Shown here: positions 31,694 through 32,000 of the stretch, piece after piece | Numbering within the stretch: the first letter of the stretch is position 1 | Layout: each line of letters begins with the position of its first letter | Origin: Halomicronema hongdechloris C2206 | GTDB taxonomy: Bacteria; Cyanobacteriota; Cyanobacteriia; Phormidesmidales; Phormidesmidaceae | DNA length: 32,000 nucleotides | Assembly (NCBI RefSeq): GCF_002075285.3 | Contig: NZ_CP021983.2 | Coordinates: 2,550,001-2,582,000, forward strand | Direction of reading: 5' to 3' | Notes under the pieces: model-generated | Told to the model about the DNA's origin: nothing | What the model saw: the letters and a program-made list of their open reading frames with translations, nothing else | The model's database searches: none | Translations under genes and position numbers: made by a program

Positions 31694-32000
31694 ATGGCCT
31701 CTCGCTCTACGGCACTGCGTTACTACATCCTGACGCGACTGTTGTTGGCCCCGTTGATGGTCTGGACCATCGTGACGGTGGTGTTCCTGCTGTTGCGAGC
31801 CACCCCTGGAGACCCAGTAGATGCCCTGTTGGGACCACGGGCACCGGAGGCGGTGAAGGAGACGTTGCGATCGCAACTGGGGCTAGACGCCCCCTTAGGG
31901 ATTCAATATCTGCGCTACCTGGGCCAGCTGCTAAGCCTGGATTTGGGCACTTCCCTAGCCAGCCAGGGGCAGACCGTCTGGCAAATCATTGTCGATCACT
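31694..32000 (+). CDS. ABC transporter permease (DppB/OppB-like), 5' partial
   Basis: ATG 31694. ALRYYILTRLLLAPLMVWTIVTVVFLLLRATPGDPVDALLGP...LGLDAPLGIQYLRYLGQLL is the standard N-terminus of family-5-associated permeases. It runs off the window end. Confidence 0.85.
   Translation, partial: MASRSTALRYYILTRLLLAPLMVWTIVTVVFLLLRATPGDPVDALLGPRAPEAVKETLRSQLGLDAPLGIQYLRYLGQLLSLDLGTSLASQGQTVWQIIVDH

Overview
The window is cyanobacterial chromosome: I count at least 16 HIP1 octamers (GCGATCGC) by eye, and many genes belong to cyanobacteria-typical small families. All family names below are recognised from the translations by memory. No searches were run.

**Layout**
- **1-1625:** a Uma2/DUF820 endonuclease gene split by about 1.25 kb of scrambled toxin-antitoxin-like modules (DUF4926, DUF2281 and DUF6883 pieces).
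- **1693-17146:** one same-strand envelope-polysaccharide cluster. It holds two GT2, two GT4, an HlpA/GNT-I-like GT-A enzyme, a SAM methyltransferase, a WecB/TagA GT26, a polyprenyl-phosphate sugar transferase and two tandem giant O-antigen-ligase-like (Wzy_C plus TPR-like) paralogs.
  - The cluster is interrupted by a coiled-coil/PD-(D/E)XK-like (DUF3782-type) gene that carries near-identical 63-bp repeats.
  - It is also interrupted by a 650-bp non-coding GC-rich spacer and by several short-repeat families.
  - One repeat block sits in-frame inside the first ligase-like gene.
- **17150-17820:** a nest of hairpin and tandem repeats.
- **17825-22218:** a GUN4-domain protein with an adaptor-like N-terminus, diverging from a DUF4157-type zincin protein followed by a DUF1838 protein. 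The DUF4157 protein has a second HExxH motif and a beta-barrel-like C-terminus.
- **22251-32000:** mostly housekeeping and accessory genes.
  - DUF2949 protein.
  - ArsR plus ArsI/CadI pair.
  - Uma2 remnants.
  - DUF4168 protein.
  - HTH protein with an upstream operator-like repeat.
  - Inorganic pyrophosphatase (ppa).
  - MBL-fold hydrolase.
  - ArsR-family regulator with a family-5 ABC substrate-binding protein and a permease.

**Best candidates for something undescribed**
- The orphan DUF4157 dual-HExxH/beta-barrel protein and its neighbours.
- The repeat-expanded coiled-coil nuclease-like gene inside the glycosyltransferase cluster.
- The repeat-invaded, possibly frame-unstable ligase-like paralog.
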